Origin: an uncultured Chloroflexia bacterium
GTDB taxonomy: Bacteria; Chloroflexota; Limnocylindria; QHBO01
Direction of reading: 5' to 3'
Assembly: GCA_963838125.1 (NCBI GenBank)
Contig: CAWIPT010000007.1
Location: 283,487 to 347,486, forward strand
Length of the DNA stretch: 64,000 nt
Made by a program: the position numbers and the translations under genes. The notes under the pieces are model-generated. The model was not told the origin of the DNA. It ran no database searches and worked only from the letters and a program-made list of their open reading frames with translations. Below are positions 17,575 to 27,931 of this stretch, one piece after another. How positions within the stretch are numbered: the stretch's first letter is position 1; each line of letters starts with the position of its first letter.

Positions 17575-18069
17575 CTAGTTCGGGTCGCTCGCCAGCTTCT
17601 CCAATTGGTCGGCGTGCTCCTCGAGGTGGCCGACGACGAATCGCTCGGCGATCTGGGCCACGGTCATCTCCCCCAGCCGCTCGTGCTCGCCGCGGGCGGA
17701 CCACTGGCCATCGTTCAGGCCGAGCAGCCAGGTCCGGACACGGGCCAGGGCACTGGCCAGCCGCGCCATCTGCTGGTCCGGCAGCTCGTGGCGCCCGGCC
17801 TCGATAGCACCCACGCGCCCCGGGTCGGCCGAGGTTCGACCGAACGGCACGGGGCCGACTCCCTGCTCCACCCCGGCCACGACCTTCTGCATCTCGGTCT
17901 GCCAGTAGGGCACGAACTCGGCGACGTGGGCCCAGGCCTGCCCGACGTCCCACTGCTCGCCGGTGGCGGGGTCGGGATCGGTCAGTCCCGGCGGTGGGTC
18001 TTCGGCGAACGCCGCCAGCCGGCCTTCGGCCACGGCGAGCCGGGCCATGAGGTCCATGTGCTCGTTCAC
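17575..18069 (-). CDS. DinB family protein
   Basis: 164 aa with four-helix-bundle-like His spacing (AWAHVAEFVPYW ... GHLEEHADQL). Start overlaps the FAH stop by 4 nt. Confidence 0.7.
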   Translation of the reverse strand: MNEHMDLMARLAVAEGRLAAFAEDPPPGLTDPDPATGEQWDVGQAWAHVAEFVPYWQTEMQKVVAGVEQGVGPVPFGRTSADPGRVGAIEAGRHELPDQQMARLASALARVRTWLLGLNDGQWSARGEHERLGEMTVAQIAERFVVGHLEEHADQLEKLASDPN

Positions 18070-19088
18070 GATGCGCTTCTCCCTTCGGGCCGGGTCACGA
18101 CCGGCGTTCGCAGCTCTCCGAGTTGATCGATACGGAGCGTGACCTCGTCACCCGGCTCCAGCCAGCGCCCGAGCCGTTCCTCGCCGACCTCGAGCAGACA
18201 GCCGGTCCCCACCGTCCCGCTGCCGATCAGGTCACCCGGGCGGAGCCGCGCATCGGCCGATGCCCGGGCCAGCATGTCCCCGAACGAGAACTGGGCCGAT
18301 GCCCAGCTGCCGCGGCTGATCTCCGCCCCGTTCACCTCCGCGCTCATGGCCAGCTCGTACCCGGTTCCCGAGCGCGCATCGGTCAGCTCGTCGGGGGTGA
18401 CCAGCCAGGGACCGATGCTGGTGGCGAAGTCCTTGCCCTTGGCCGGACCCAGCCGAACCGTGGTCTCCTCGCGCTGGAGGTCGCGCGCCGACCAGTCGTT
18501 GAGGATGAGGAACCCGCCGATCGCCTCCTCCGCCCGTTCCGGAGCGAGGTCCACGGCCGGCGTGTCGACCAGGGCTCCGACCTCGAGCTCGTAGTCGAGC
18601 TCGACCGATCCCCGCGGTGCCCAGACCGCCTCGTCCGGGCCGCGGATCTCCGACACGTTGCCGAAGTAGAAGATCGGCAGCCGGTACCAGGCCTCGGGAA
18701 TGTCGTGGCCCCGACGGCGCCACATCGTGCCGACGTGCTGCTCGAAGGCGTAGAAATCGCGCAGCGACGCCGGCTGGAGGATGGGCGGGCCGAACTGAAG
18801 ATCGCTCGCGCTCAGGATGGCCTCATCGTCCTCGGTTGCCGCCGCGTAGCCCTCGACGATCTCGGCCAGCACCGCAACTCGCATTCCGCGCGCCAGGTGG
18901 GCGTCGAGGGTGGTGACCGGCTGCCGAAACAGCGCCGAGTTATGGGCCCGTCGTGGGTCCTCGACCACCAGCCCCTGTCGCGCGTCCTCGAGGTCCAGCC
19001 ATCGGTCGGGGCCAGCACCCCGCGCGGCCACCAGGCGCCACGGCGTCCCCGCCGGGGCGTTCCGTTCACGGACGTGGGCCAGGCGCAT
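18066..19088 (-). CDS. fumarylacetoacetate hydrolase family protein
   Basis: Start at the internal ATG 19088 (MRLAHVRE..). Motifs include PIFYFGN, LDYELEVG, NDWSARD, GPAKGKDF and SGTVGTG. The upstream 49 codons of the listed ORF are Pro/Arg shadow. Confidence 0.85.
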   Translation of the reverse strand: MRLAHVRERNAPAGTPWRLVAARGAGPDRWLDLEDARQGLVVEDPRRAHNSALFRQPVTTLDAHLARGMRVAVLAEIVEGYAAATEDDEAILSASDLQFGPPILQPASLRDFYAFEQHVGTMWRRRGHDIPEAWYRLPIFYFGNVSEIRGPDEAVWAPRGSVELDYELEVGALVDTPAVDLAPERAEEAIGGFLILNDWSARDLQREETTVRLGPAKGKDFATSIGPWLVTPDELTDARSGTGYELAMSAEVNGAEISRGSWASAQFSFGDMLARASADARLRPGDLIGSGTVGTGCLLEVGEERLGRWLEPGDEVTLRIDQLGELRTPVVTRPEGRSAS

Positions 19089-19165
19089 GGTGGCGAGTGT
19101 ACGCGGCAGGATCGGTACTTCCGGTCCATGGTGCGCTGCTGGGCGGTTCGGTACGGTCTGGCCGG

Positions 19166-20824
19166 ATGTCCCAGTTGGTCGACCGGGGGGTCGCCGAACT
19201 GCCGGTGGCCGCTGTGGCCGACCTCCGGCCGCCATCCCGTGTCCGGCGCGCCGCGGCCGGGCTCACCCGCGGGCGTTCGAAGCCCCTTCGCCGCCTTGGT
19301 CGGGACGCGGCGCTCATGTACACCGCGCTGCTCGCGCCGGTGGCCATCGCGGTGGCATCGGTCACGTTCTTCACCCAGGACGTCGGCCCGGTCCTGGTCA
19401 TCAGCGTCGTCTTCCTCGGCCTGCAGGCGGTGGCCGGCCTGGTTCCCGTCCGGCATCGCCACCTGAGCCCGCGTGGCTGGTCGTTCCTCCGCCTGTCGAT
19501 CGCCCTGCTGTTCGTCTGGGCCCTGGTGAACACCGTCGGTGGCCCGACGCGCCCGCTCTATCCCCTGTACCTGCCGGTCGTGGTCGCCGCGGCGGCGCTG
19601 GGACCGGCGCAGGCCATCGTCATCGGCGTGACGGCAGCCGTGATCTACCTCGTCCCCGAGCTGGCCATCCTCCTCGACCCGGCTACCGTCCAGAACCCGC
19701 TTGCCGTTGCCGAGCTGACGCCGCGCGGCGTCGCCCTCGTCGGGGTGTCCACGGTGCTGGCCATCGGCACCCGGCGCCTGGTCTCCCAGCTGGAGGAGGT
19801 CAGTGCCCACTTCCGGGCCACGGCCATGTCCGAACGTCGGCGGTCGCGCCAGATTGCCGGTCTCGAGCAGGTCAGCCGGCTGCTCGTCACCGCGGGGGCC
19901 ACGCCCGAGCTGCTCGAGCGGGTGGCCGACGTCATGGTCGAGCGCTTCGGCTACGCGCTGGCCGTGATCTTCATCGCCGAGGGGGACACCCTCAAGCTCG
20001 GCGCGCAGCGCGGGTACCAGATCGACATGTCGTCGTTCGACACCCGGACCGGGGTGGTCGGCCGCGCCGCGAGGACGGGGGAGGTCCAGCTCGTGCAGAA
20101 CGTCGGGATGGACCCTGACTACGTGCCCGGCGACCCGCGGGTGGTGAGCGAGATCGCCGCCCCCATGGTCCTCGATGGCGTGCTGCTGGGCGTGCTGAAC
20201 ATCGAGTCCATGGCGCCCGAACCGTTGGACCGTATCGATCGCGACCTGGTGGCGACCATGGCCGGCAAGATCGCCGCCGCGCTGGCCCTGGCCCACGACC
20301 GGCAGGCGCTGGCCGACCTCGCCGTGCGCGACGGGCTGACCGCCCTCCACAACCGCCGGCACTTCGACGACGGCGTCTCCCGCCTGCTCATGGCCCGGGC
20401 CGCGATGCCCGAGTCCGAGCGGCGACCGGTGTCAGCCATCCTGTTCGACCTCGACCACTTCGGGACCTTCAACAAGCTCCACGGCGTGCAGGTCGGCGAC
20501 CAGGCGCTCCGCGTCTTCGCCCATGTCCTCCGGGAGCGTTCACGTCAGACCGACCTCGTCGCCCGCTATGGCGGCGAGGAGTTCGTGGTCGTGCTCGATG
20601 GGGCGGATCGGGACCACGCGGTGCAGATTGCCGAAGAGGTGCGCATCCGGCTCGGACAGCGGACGATCCCGGCCGAGGACGGCGCCCCGCTGCGCCTGAC
20701 GGTGTCCGCCGGCTGTGCGGCCCTCGACGACGCCGATCCCACGGCCGAGGCCCTGCTCCGCACCGCGGACGTGGCCCTCTCGATGGCCAAGCGTGGCGGC
20801 CGCGATCGGGTCGTGGCCGCCTAG
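19166..20824 (+). CDS. membrane-anchored GAF-GGDEF diguanylate cyclase
   Basis: ATG at 19166. About 5-6 N-terminal TM helices, a GAF-like middle, and a GGDEF domain with RYGGEEF plus an RQTD (RxxD I-site) five residues upstream. Confidence 0.85.
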   Translation: MSQLVDRGVAELPVAAVADLRPPSRVRRAAAGLTRGRSKPLRRLGRDAALMYTALLAPVAIAVASVTFFTQDVGPVLVISVVFLGLQAVAGLVPVRHRHLSPRGWSFLRLSIALLFVWALVNTVGGPTRPLYPLYLPVVVAAAALGPAQAIVIGVTAAVIYLVPELAILLDPATVQNPLAVAELTPRGVALVGVSTVLAIGTRRLVSQLEEVSAHFRATAMSERRRSRQIAGLEQVSRLLVTAGATPELLERVADVMVERFGYALAVIFIAEGDTLKLGAQRGYQIDMSSFDTRTGVVGRAARTGEVQLVQNVGMDPDYVPGDPRVVSEIAAPMVLDGVLLGVLNIESMAPEPLDRIDRDLVATMAGKIAAALALAHDRQALADLAVRDGLTALHNRRHFDDGVSRLLMARAAMPESERRPVSAILFDLDHFGTFNKLHGVQVGDQALRVFAHVLRERSRQTDLVARYGGEEFVVVLDGADRDHAVQIAEEVRIRLGQRTIPAEDGAPLRLTVSAGCAALDDADPTAEALLRTADVALSMAKRGGRDRVVAA

Positions 20825-21892
20825 CCTCCCGGCCCGTCCCGGCCCGAGATCCGCTCGGCCAGCCAGGCGATCGCCATCGGGTACCGATGCTCGAGGTCCG
20901 AGTGGGTGCCGTCCACCAGCTCGAAGTGGACGACCGGCTGGATGACCCCGATTGCCGCCAGCTCGTCGCGGAACGCCGTGGCCCCGAGATCGAGGTAGAA
21001 CTCGTCGCTCGTGCCGGCATCGATCCAGATCCCGCTCAGGCCGCGGAGCGCATCGGCGTGGCCGGCAACCATGCGGACCGGGTCCCAGGCCAGCCATCGG
21101 TCCCAGACCTCGGGGATGAGCCGCCCCGTCGCCGTTTCGAACGGGATCCTGACCGTGCCGTCCGGATCGGTGGAATAGCAGGCGGCCATGGTCCACATGT
21201 TCAGGATCTCGTGGTCGCTGCTCGGGATCGGGCCCACCCGCGATCGGAAGGTCTCCCAGAACGTCTCGTAGGACCCGTCGTACTTGTCGCGGAGGGAGCG
21301 AGCCGCCTGCCGGACGTCGGGCAGGTAGCTCGCCTCGAACAGCGCGTCTCCGGCATGGGTCGCCAGCGCCCCGAACCGGTCCGGTCGAAGCATGGGCAGG
21401 ACCATGGCCCCGTAGCCCCCGGACGACTTGCCGCTGACCGCCCGGTGCCGGGCCTCGGGGAGCGTCCGGTACTGCGCGTCGACCCACGGAATGATCTCGT
21501 CGCACACGTGGGTGAGGTATCGCCCGGTTCCCGGCGAGTCGAGGAACTGGCTGCCGCCCAGGCTCGTCCAGCAGTCCACGAACACCACCACCGCCGGTGC
21601 TTGATCCTCCTGCGCGAAGGCGGCATCGATCTGCTCGGGGACGTTTCGGCGGAAGGCCTTGCGGTTGCGCCACATGTCGACCTGTCCGGTGAGGCCCTGG
21701 ATGAGGTAGACGGTCGGGAACCGGCGCTCGGGGTCGGCGTCGTACGCCGGCGGGGTGTAGACGTACAGCGGGCGCCGGGTGGGATCGCCCAGCGGGTTGC
21801 CGGTCAGCGCCTCGGAGTCGATGACGTGCTCGCGGAACCGCCCGACCCAGGCGTGGCTCCAGCGGCGGCCCCGGAACCTGCTCAGCTGCCAT
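20821..21892 (-). CDS. putative esterase family alpha/beta hydrolase (enterochelin-esterase-like); start unresolved
   Basis: GKSSGGYG nucleophile elbow. The family-like sequence HVIDSEALTGNPLGDPTRRPLYVYTPPAYDADPERRFPTVYLIQGLTGQVD continues upstream of the first in-frame ATG (21675). No ATG/GTG/TTG lies in that frame. An ATG at 21892 is in a different frame (span 3n+1), so another 1-nt indel is possible. Confidence 0.7.
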
Positions 21893-21901
21893 GCCGGCAG
21901 C

Positions 21902-22099
21902 CTACATGTGCGGCGTGTACGCCGGGTCGAGGTAGTGGTCGGGATCGTCGCGGAAGTCGAGGAGGCAGCCGCGGCCGCAGAAGTAGTACGTGGACCCGTT
22001 GTGCTCGGCGACGAGGCCGCTGGCCTCCGCCTGCGCGGGATCCACGCTCATCCCGCACACCGGGTCGTGGGGCAGGGTGTCCAGCGTCATGTCCATCAC
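21902..22099 (-). CDS. YHS domain (TRASH-type metal-binding) protein
   Basis: 65 aa. DPVCGMSV..YYFCGRGC pattern. Lies 17 nt downstream of copA. Confidence 0.8.
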   Translation of the reverse strand: MMDMTLDTLPHDPVCGMSVDPAQAEASGLVAEHNGSTYYFCGRGCLLDFRDDPDHYLDPAYTPHM

Positions 22100-22116
22100 G
22101 TCCTCCTCGGAATCGG

Positions 22117-24399
22117 TCAGTCGGTCGGGTCGATGGTGCCGTGGAATCGCCGAAGGCGCAGCGAGTTCAGGACCACGCTCACGCTGGAGAGGGCCATCGC
22201 GCCGGCGGCCAGCGCCGGGTTCAGCGTCCAGCCGGTGAACGGGTACAGGATGCCGGCCGCCACCGGGATGAGCACGACGTTGTAGCCGAAGGCCCAGAAC
22301 AGGTTCTGGCGGATGACCCGGACCGTGGCCCGCGCCAGACCGATACCCCTGGCCACGGCCCGCAGGTCGTCGCCGATGACGGTCAGGTCGCTGGCCTCCA
22401 CCGTGACGTCGGCCCCGGTGCCGATGGCCACCCCGAGGTCCGCCTGGGCAAGTGCCGGCGCGTCGTTCAGCCCGTCACCGACCATCGCCACCAGATGCTG
22501 GCGCTGGAGGGCGGCCACCGCCTCGGCCTTGCCACCGGGCGAGACCTCGGCCAGGACGTGATCGGCGGTGATGCCAACCTCGCCCGCCACGGCCAGCGCC
22601 ACGGCCCGGCGATCCCCGGTCAGGATCCACGGCTCGAGGCCCGCCCGTCGCAGGGCGGCTACCGCGGGCCGCGCCGAGCTCGTCACCTGATCGGCGAGGA
22701 CGAGCACGCCGATGAGCTGTCCGTCGCCGGCGACCCAAGCCGCCGTCCGGCCCTCTGCCTCGGCCGCGTCGGCCGCGGCGGCCAGGTTCGGCGGCGGGAT
22801 TGCATCGACCCCGGCCTCGGCGAGCCAGCGCGCGGTACCGACGAGGACCTCACGGCCGTCCACCGTCGCCCGGACCCCGCCTCCCGGAACCGCACTGAAC
22901 GCGGTTACCGGCACGGTCTCGACGTCCAGCCCCTCCCCGCCGGCGCGCCGGACGATGGCCGACGCCAGGGGATGCTCGCTCCCACGCTCGGCCGCGGCAG
23001 CGAGTCGGAGCACGTCCCGCCGGCCCCCGGGTTCCTCCGAGCGCACGAGGACCTCGGTCAGCTCCGGCCGCCCACGGGTCAGGGTTCCCGTCTTGTCCAG
23101 CACCACCACCCCGATGTCGGCCGCGCGCTCCATGGCCGCGCCGTCGCGGATCAGGAGTCCGGCCTCGGCCCCGACGCCGGTGCTGACCATCAGGGCGGCG
23201 GGCGTGGCCAGGCCCATCGCACACGGGCACGCGATGATCAGGACGCCGATGGCGCTGGCCAGGGCCAACGGCAGCTGCGGCTCGGGGCCGAAGAGCATCC
23301 AGGCGCCGAAGGTCAGGGCGGCCGCGATGGCCACGGCGGGCACGAACCAGGCGACCACCCTGTCGACGGTCCGCTGAATGGGCGCCTTGGACCCCTGGGC
23401 GTGCTCCACCAGCCGAGCGACCTGGGCAAGGGTGCTGTCGGGGCCAATCCGGTCGGTGCGGACGATCAGCGTGCCGGTCATGTTCAGCGTTGCGCCGGTC
23501 ACCCGGTCGCCGGGGCCCTTCTCCACCGGCACCGACTCGCCGCTGAGCATCGACTCGTCCGCTGCGCTCGCGCCCTCGACCACCACGCCGTCGACCGCGA
23601 TCCGCTCGCCGGGTCGAACCCGGACCAGGTCACCGACCCGGACCTCGTCCGTCCGGATCTCCGTCTCGACGCCGTCCCGGATGACGTTGGCCGTGGCCGG
23701 CTGCCGACGGAGGAGCGCCCGAACGGCGCCAGCCGCCTCGTGCTTGGCCCGAGCCTCGAGCCATCTGCCGATCAGGACGAAGCCGATGATGATCGCCGCG
23801 GTCTCGTAGAACGTGTCGAGCGGCAATCCGGCGGTGACCGCCGCGGCCGGGAACAGGGTGATCGCCGCCGAGTAGCCGAATGCTGCCCACGTGCCGAGGG
23901 CGACCAGGGTGTCCATGGTCAACTCCCCATGGGCCAGGCCACGGAGCGCGCGGGACAGGAATCGTCGCCCCAGGACCACCTGCACGAACGCCGCGGGCAG
24001 GAACAGGACGAGGTTGAGCTGCTCCATGGCCAGCGGGGGTCCGCCGGGCCAGAAGGTGACGGCCATCATGGCCAGACCGATGCCGATGGCGGCTACGCCG
24101 TCACGGAGCAGCCCGCCCCGCTCCGCCGCGCGGGCCACATCGGCGTCGTCGCGGGTCACGGCCGACCGGGAGGCGTCCCGGCCCGCGGTCAGGTCGATCC
24201 GGACGTCGTAGCCGGCCGCCTCGATCGCCGCCACGATGCCGGCGCGATCGATCCGGGCCGGGTCATAGCGGACCGACGCCTCCTCGGACGCGAGGTTGAC
24301 GGTGGCCCCCTCGACGCCATCGGCCCGCGCCAGGAAGCGCTCGATGCGGTTCACGCAGGTGGCGCAGGTCATGCCCTCGACGGGCAGGACGATCTCCAT
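22117..24399 (-). CDS. copA: copper-translocating P1B-type ATPase
   Basis: 760 aa. N-terminal GMTCATCV metal-binding domain, transmembrane CPC, DKTGTLT phosphorylation site and [10 protein letters not shown] hinge. Confidence 0.95.
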   Translation of the reverse strand: MEIVLPVEGMTCATCVNRIERFLARADGVEGATVNLASEEASVRYDPARIDRAGIVAAIEAAGYDVRIDLTAGRDASRSAVTRDDADVARAAERGGLLRDGVAAIGIGLAMMAVTFWPGGPPLAMEQLNLVLFLPAAFVQVVLGRRFLSRALRGLAHGELTMDTLVALGTWAAFGYSAAITLFPAAAVTAGLPLDTFYETAAIIIGFVLIGRWLEARAKHEAAGAVRALLRRQPATANVIRDGVETEIRTDEVRVGDLVRVRPGERIAVDGVVVEGASAADESMLSGESVPVEKGPGDRVTGATLNMTGTLIVRTDRIGPDSTLAQVARLVEHAQGSKAPIQRTVDRVVAWFVPAVAIAAALTFGAWMLFGPEPQLPLALASAIGVLIIACPCAMGLATPAALMVSTGVGAEAGLLIRDGAAMERAADIGVVVLDKTGTLTRGRPELTEVLVRSEEPGGRRDVLRLAAAAERGSEHPLASAIVRRAGGEGLDVETVPVTAFSAVPGGGVRATVDGREVLVGTARWLAEAGVDAIPPPNLAAAADAAEAEGRTAAWVAGDGQLIGVLVLADQVTSSARPAVAALRRAGLEPWILTGDRRAVALAVAGEVGITADHVLAEVSPGGKAEAVAALQRQHLVAMVGDGLNDAPALAQADLGVAIGTGADVTVEASDLTVIGDDLRAVARGIGLARATVRVIRQNLFWAFGYNVVLIPVAAGILYPFTGWTLNPALAAGAMALSSVSVVLNSLRLRRFHGTIDPTD

Positions 24400-24460
24400 C
24401 GGCGTCGTCGAGGGGGTTCGAGGTGGCGGTGGTCATCGGTCTCGGGGGAGGCTTTCGGCA

Positions 24461-24479
24461 GATACTATGGGGGAGTATC
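24461..24479. promoter_or_regulatory. inverted repeat with a central G/C tract (CsoR-operator-like) upstream of copA
   Basis: GATACT-ATGGGGG-AGTATC lies 62-80 nt upstream of the copA start, in the copA/glgM divergent intergenic region. The resemblance to CsoR boxes is qualitative only. Confidence 0.35.
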
Positions 24480-24539
24480 CAGGAGGCGTCAACGCGCGGT
24501 CGTGGCGCGGGCGCCGGTGGTCCACGCTAGGCTGCTCGG

Positions 24540-25742
24540 ATGCGGGCCGTGATCCTGACCAACGAGTTCCCGCCGTCGGTGTACGGGGGCGCCGGCGTCC
24601 ACGTCGCGGAGCTGACCAACGCGCTCCGTGGCCGGGTGGACCTGGACATCCGGACGTTCGGCGACCAGCACCATGACGAGCCCGGCTGGCGGGTCCGTGG
24701 CTATCCGCCGCCGATCGACGCCCGTGATGCGCCGGAGTCGCTCCGACCGGTCCTGGCCGCGTTCGGGCGAAACCTGGCCATGGCCGCCGACCCCCCGGCC
24801 GGCGATCTCGTCCACTGCCACACCTGGTACGTGCACCTCGGTGGACTGGTCATCAGCGAGGCGTACGGAATGCCGCTGGTGGTGACCGTCCATTCCCTCG
24901 AGCCCCTCCGTCCGTGGAAGCGCGAGCAGCTGGGAACCGGGTATGACGCCTCGGCCTGGGTCGAGCGCCAGGCGCTGGAGCAGGCGGACGCGGTCATCGC
25001 GGTCAGCGATGCGACACGCCAGGACGTGCTCGAGCACTTCGCCGTGGACGCCGGCCGGATCCACGTCGTCCACAACGGGATCGACACCGCGAGCTTCGCC
25101 CCGGACCCCGGTCGCGACCAGCTGGCCCGGCTCGGTATCGACGAAGCCGCACCCTACGTGCTCTTCGTCGGGCGGGTCACCCGCCAGAAGGGGATCACCA
25201 TTCTCGTCCGTGCCATTCCGCACCTGGACCCGCGGATCGGAGTCGTGCTCGCCGCCGGGCAGCCGGACACCCCGGAGATCGCGGCGGAAGTGGAGACCGG
25301 CGTGGCGGAGGCGCGGGCGAAGGCGCCTGCCCGGGCCATCCACTGGATTCCCGAGATGCTCGACCGACGCACCGTGCGCCAGCTGTACAGCCATGCCGCG
25401 GTGTTCGCCTGCCCATCGGTCTACGAGCCGTTCGGGATCACCAACCTGGAGGCGATGGCCTGCGGCGCACCGGTGGTCGCGACCCGGGTGGGCGGCATTC
25501 CGGAGGTGGTCGTCCATGGACGGACCGGGCTCCTGGTGGACGTTCCGGATGACGGACCGATGACCCGCGAGGACGAGGAGTCGGTGGCGGTCGAGCTTGC
25601 GGCCGCCATCAACGACCTCGTCGCCGATCCTGCCCGCCGAACGGCCATGGGCGAGGCCGGCCGCCACCGAGCGGTCGAGCAGTTCAGCTGGGCCGGCGTG
25701 GCGGATCGAACGATGGCGGTGTACGAGGCCGTCGTGGGGTGA
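24540..25742 (+). CDS. glgM: GT4 glycosyltransferase, Corynebacterium/Mycobacterium-type glycogen synthase (GlgM/GlgA-like)
   Basis: 400 aa. N-terminus MRAVILTNEFPPSVYGGAGVHVAELTNAL closely resembles the actinobacterial GlgM (formerly GlgA) N-terminus as I recall it. C-terminal E-x7-E GT4 region (EPFGITNLEAMACG). Confidence 0.8.
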   Translation: MRAVILTNEFPPSVYGGAGVHVAELTNALRGRVDLDIRTFGDQHHDEPGWRVRGYPPPIDARDAPESLRPVLAAFGRNLAMAADPPAGDLVHCHTWYVHLGGLVISEAYGMPLVVTVHSLEPLRPWKREQLGTGYDASAWVERQALEQADAVIAVSDATRQDVLEHFAVDAGRIHVVHNGIDTASFAPDPGRDQLARLGIDEAAPYVLFVGRVTRQKGITILVRAIPHLDPRIGVVLAAGQPDTPEIAAEVETGVAEARAKAPARAIHWIPEMLDRRTVRQLYSHAAVFACPSVYEPFGITNLEAMACGAPVVATRVGGIPEVVVHGRTGLLVDVPDDGPMTREDEESVAVELAAAINDLVADPARRTAMGEAGRHRAVEQFSWAGVADRTMAVYEAVVG

Positions 25743-27136
25743 GCGGCCCGGACCCGGCGCGGATCTCGCGCCGGCGCATCCTGCAGATCGGCGCCCTGAC
25801 TCCCGCCGCGTTCCTCGCCGCCTGTGCCGAGACCCTCCTCCCGAGCCCGACCGCGCGGCCCTCCGCCAGCGCCACCCTGGAGCCGGTCACCAGCTCGGCG
25901 CCGACCCTCACTCCGAGCCCGGTTCCGAGCCCGACGCCGGTCCCAAGCCCCGCCCCCAGCGCACCGGTCCTGTACCGTGGCGCGGCCCTGGCCGACGGCC
26001 GGTCGGCAACGCTCCAGCGCAACGTCAGCGTGCTGACCGAGAACGGCCTCGTCCGCTGGATCAGGCCGACCGACGGCGAAGAATCGGCGAGCGGGGCGAC
26101 GGTGATCGATGCCGCGGGCGCCACCATCGTGCCTGGACTGGTCGATGCTCACAACCATCTCACCGGCGCGGGCGGCGTGAACTGGATTGCCCGCTTCAAC
26201 GACTCACCGGCGACGCTGGCAGCCACCGGAGAGGCGAACGCCGGGCTCGCCTGGCGATCGGGGGTCCGATGGGTGCGCGACCTGGGGGCGCCGATCGTCA
26301 CCGACCCGGTGGACGGCCAGGTCCGCGCGGCCTCGCTTGGCGTCCGCGACCGCCTCCGTGGCAAGCCCGGCTTCCCGGAGATCCGGGCGGCGGGGAGCTG
26401 GGTCACCCGAGCCGGCTCGCTGTCCGGCCGGATCAGCGCGGAGGCGTCGAACGCCGACCAGCTGCTGGCCGTCGCCCTGCAGCAGCTCGACCAGGGCGCG
26501 GACCTGGTCAAGCTCTACCTCGAGACCCCCGGCGGCGCGCCGGCATGGTCCATCGCCGAGACGCGCCGCGTCGTAGATGCCGTGCACGCCCGCGGTGCGC
26601 GGGTGGCCGCCCACGCTGGCCGCATCCGGGACATCCAGACCGGGGTCGAGGCCGGGGTCGACACCATCGAGCACGGCACCGAGCTGGACGCGTACACCGC
26701 GCGCCGCATGCGCGAGCAGGGAACAATCCTGGTCTCGACCCTCACCGTCTTCCACTCGTGGCTGAGCTTCGGGGCCACGACCACCGTCCCGTTCTGGGCC
26801 GCTCCGTCGTCTCGGGCGCGCGTCCAGGACCAGCTCGCCGGCGCCCAGGCGGCCATGCGCACCGCCCGCGCCGCGGGCGTGCCCATCGCCGCGGGCTCCG
26901 ATTCGGGCGGCGGCTCGAGCCGCGCAAACCACATCGCGTGGGAGTTCCAGGCCCTCATCGGCGCCGGGTTGCCGCCGGTGGAGGCGCTGGCGGCTGTCAC
27001 CTGGCGCGGCGGCCAGGCGCTGGGCATCGAAGACGCGGGTGTCCTGCGCGAGGGCGGCCCGGCCCACTTCTTCCTCGTCCACGGCGACCCGCTTTCCGAT
27101 CCGGGCGCCATCTGGCGGGTCTGGCGCCACGGCTGA
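25739..27136 (+). CDS. Tat-exported lipoprotein, amidohydrolase family
   Basis: GTG start overlaps the glgM stop. Twin-arginine SRRRILQ followed by the lipobox FLAAC, then a Pro/Ser/Thr linker, then amidohydrolase motifs (LVDAHNHL, ..HAG.., GSDSGG). Confidence 0.8.
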   Translation: MSGPDPARISRRRILQIGALTPAAFLAACAETLLPSPTARPSASATLEPVTSSAPTLTPSPVPSPTPVPSPAPSAPVLYRGAALADGRSATLQRNVSVLTENGLVRWIRPTDGEESASGATVIDAAGATIVPGLVDAHNHLTGAGGVNWIARFNDSPATLAATGEANAGLAWRSGVRWVRDLGAPIVTDPVDGQVRAASLGVRDRLRGKPGFPEIRAAGSWVTRAGSLSGRISAEASNADQLLAVALQQLDQGADLVKLYLETPGGAPAWSIAETRRVVDAVHARGARVAAHAGRIRDIQTGVEAGVDTIEHGTELDAYTARRMREQGTILVSTLTVFHSWLSFGATTTVPFWAAPSSRARVQDQLAGAQAAMRTARAAGVPIAAGSDSGGGSSRANHIAWEFQALIGAGLPPVEALAAVTWRGGQALGIEDAGVLREGGPAHFFLVHGDPLSDPGAIWRVWRHG

Positions 27137-27160
27137 CCGGCCCGCTACCATCGGCCGTCC

Positions 27161-27928
27161 ATGACCGCAGCGCAGCCGATCATCGTCGCCCGCGACCTGC
27201 GCAAAGCGTACGGCGAGCTCCAGGCAGTCGACGGGGTGAGCTTCGAGGTCGGTGAGGGCGAGGTCTTCGGCATCCTCGGGCCCAACGGGGCGGGCAAGAC
27301 CACGACCCTCGAGATGATCGAGGGCATGCGGCCCATCGACGGGGGATCGGCCACCGTGGACGGCCTCGACGTGGGAGCCGATCCACGGGCGGTCAAGGCC
27401 CGGATCGGGATCCAGCTCCAGTCATCGGCCTTCTTCGACGAGCTGAACCTGACCGAGCTGCTCGTCCTGTTCGGCCACCTGTACCACGTCCAGGCCGATG
27501 CCCCCGGCCTCCTGGACCAGGTGGGCCTGACCGAAAAGGCGACGAGCCGGGTGAAGGTTTTGTCCGGCGGGCAGAAGCAGCGGTTCAGCATCGCGGCGGC
27601 GCTGGTGAACGACCCGCGGGTCCTGTTCCTGGATGAGCCGACCACCGGCCTCGACCCGCAGGCCCGGCGTCACCTGTGGGGGCTGATCGCCGACATTCGC
27701 GAGCGCGGGCACACAGTGATCCTGACCACGCATTACATGGAGGAGGCCGAGACCCTGTGCGATCGGGTGGCGATCATGGATGCCGGCAAGATCGTCGCCC
27801 TGGACACGCCGGACACGCTGGTCGGCTCCCTCCTGGGTCGCGGCTTCAGCAAGGCCCGCACCGAGCGGCTGGCGAACCTCGAGGACGTGTTCATCGACCT
27901 CACCGGCCACGAGCTGCGCGAGGACTGA
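27161..27928 (+). CDS. ABC transporter ATP-binding protein (ABC-2/DrrA-like)
   Basis: Walker A GPNGAGKTT, signature LSGGQKQR and Walker B LFLDEPT. Confidence 0.9.
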   Translation: MTAAQPIIVARDLRKAYGELQAVDGVSFEVGEGEVFGILGPNGAGKTTTLEMIEGMRPIDGGSATVDGLDVGADPRAVKARIGIQLQSSAFFDELNLTELLVLFGHLYHVQADAPGLLDQVGLTEKATSRVKVLSGGQKQRFSIAAALVNDPRVLFLDEPTTGLDPQARRHLWGLIADIRERGHTVILTTHYMEEAETLCDRVAIMDAGKIVALDTPDTLVGSLLGRGFSKARTERLANLEDVFIDLTGHELRED

Positions 27929-27931
27929 CCG

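Noticed and set aside
20887-24552. Very long ORFs lying antisense to or overlapping real genes. Examples: 1,221 aa opposite copA; 53925-56303 (792 aa) opposite pgi/gnd; 9231-10946 opposite the repeat protein; 18812-20362; 98-1270.
   Set aside because: They have the Arg/Pro/Gly/Ala-rich composition typical of shadow frames in roughly 70% GC DNA and no recognisable motifs. Each is fully explained by a motif-bearing gene on the other strand or frame.
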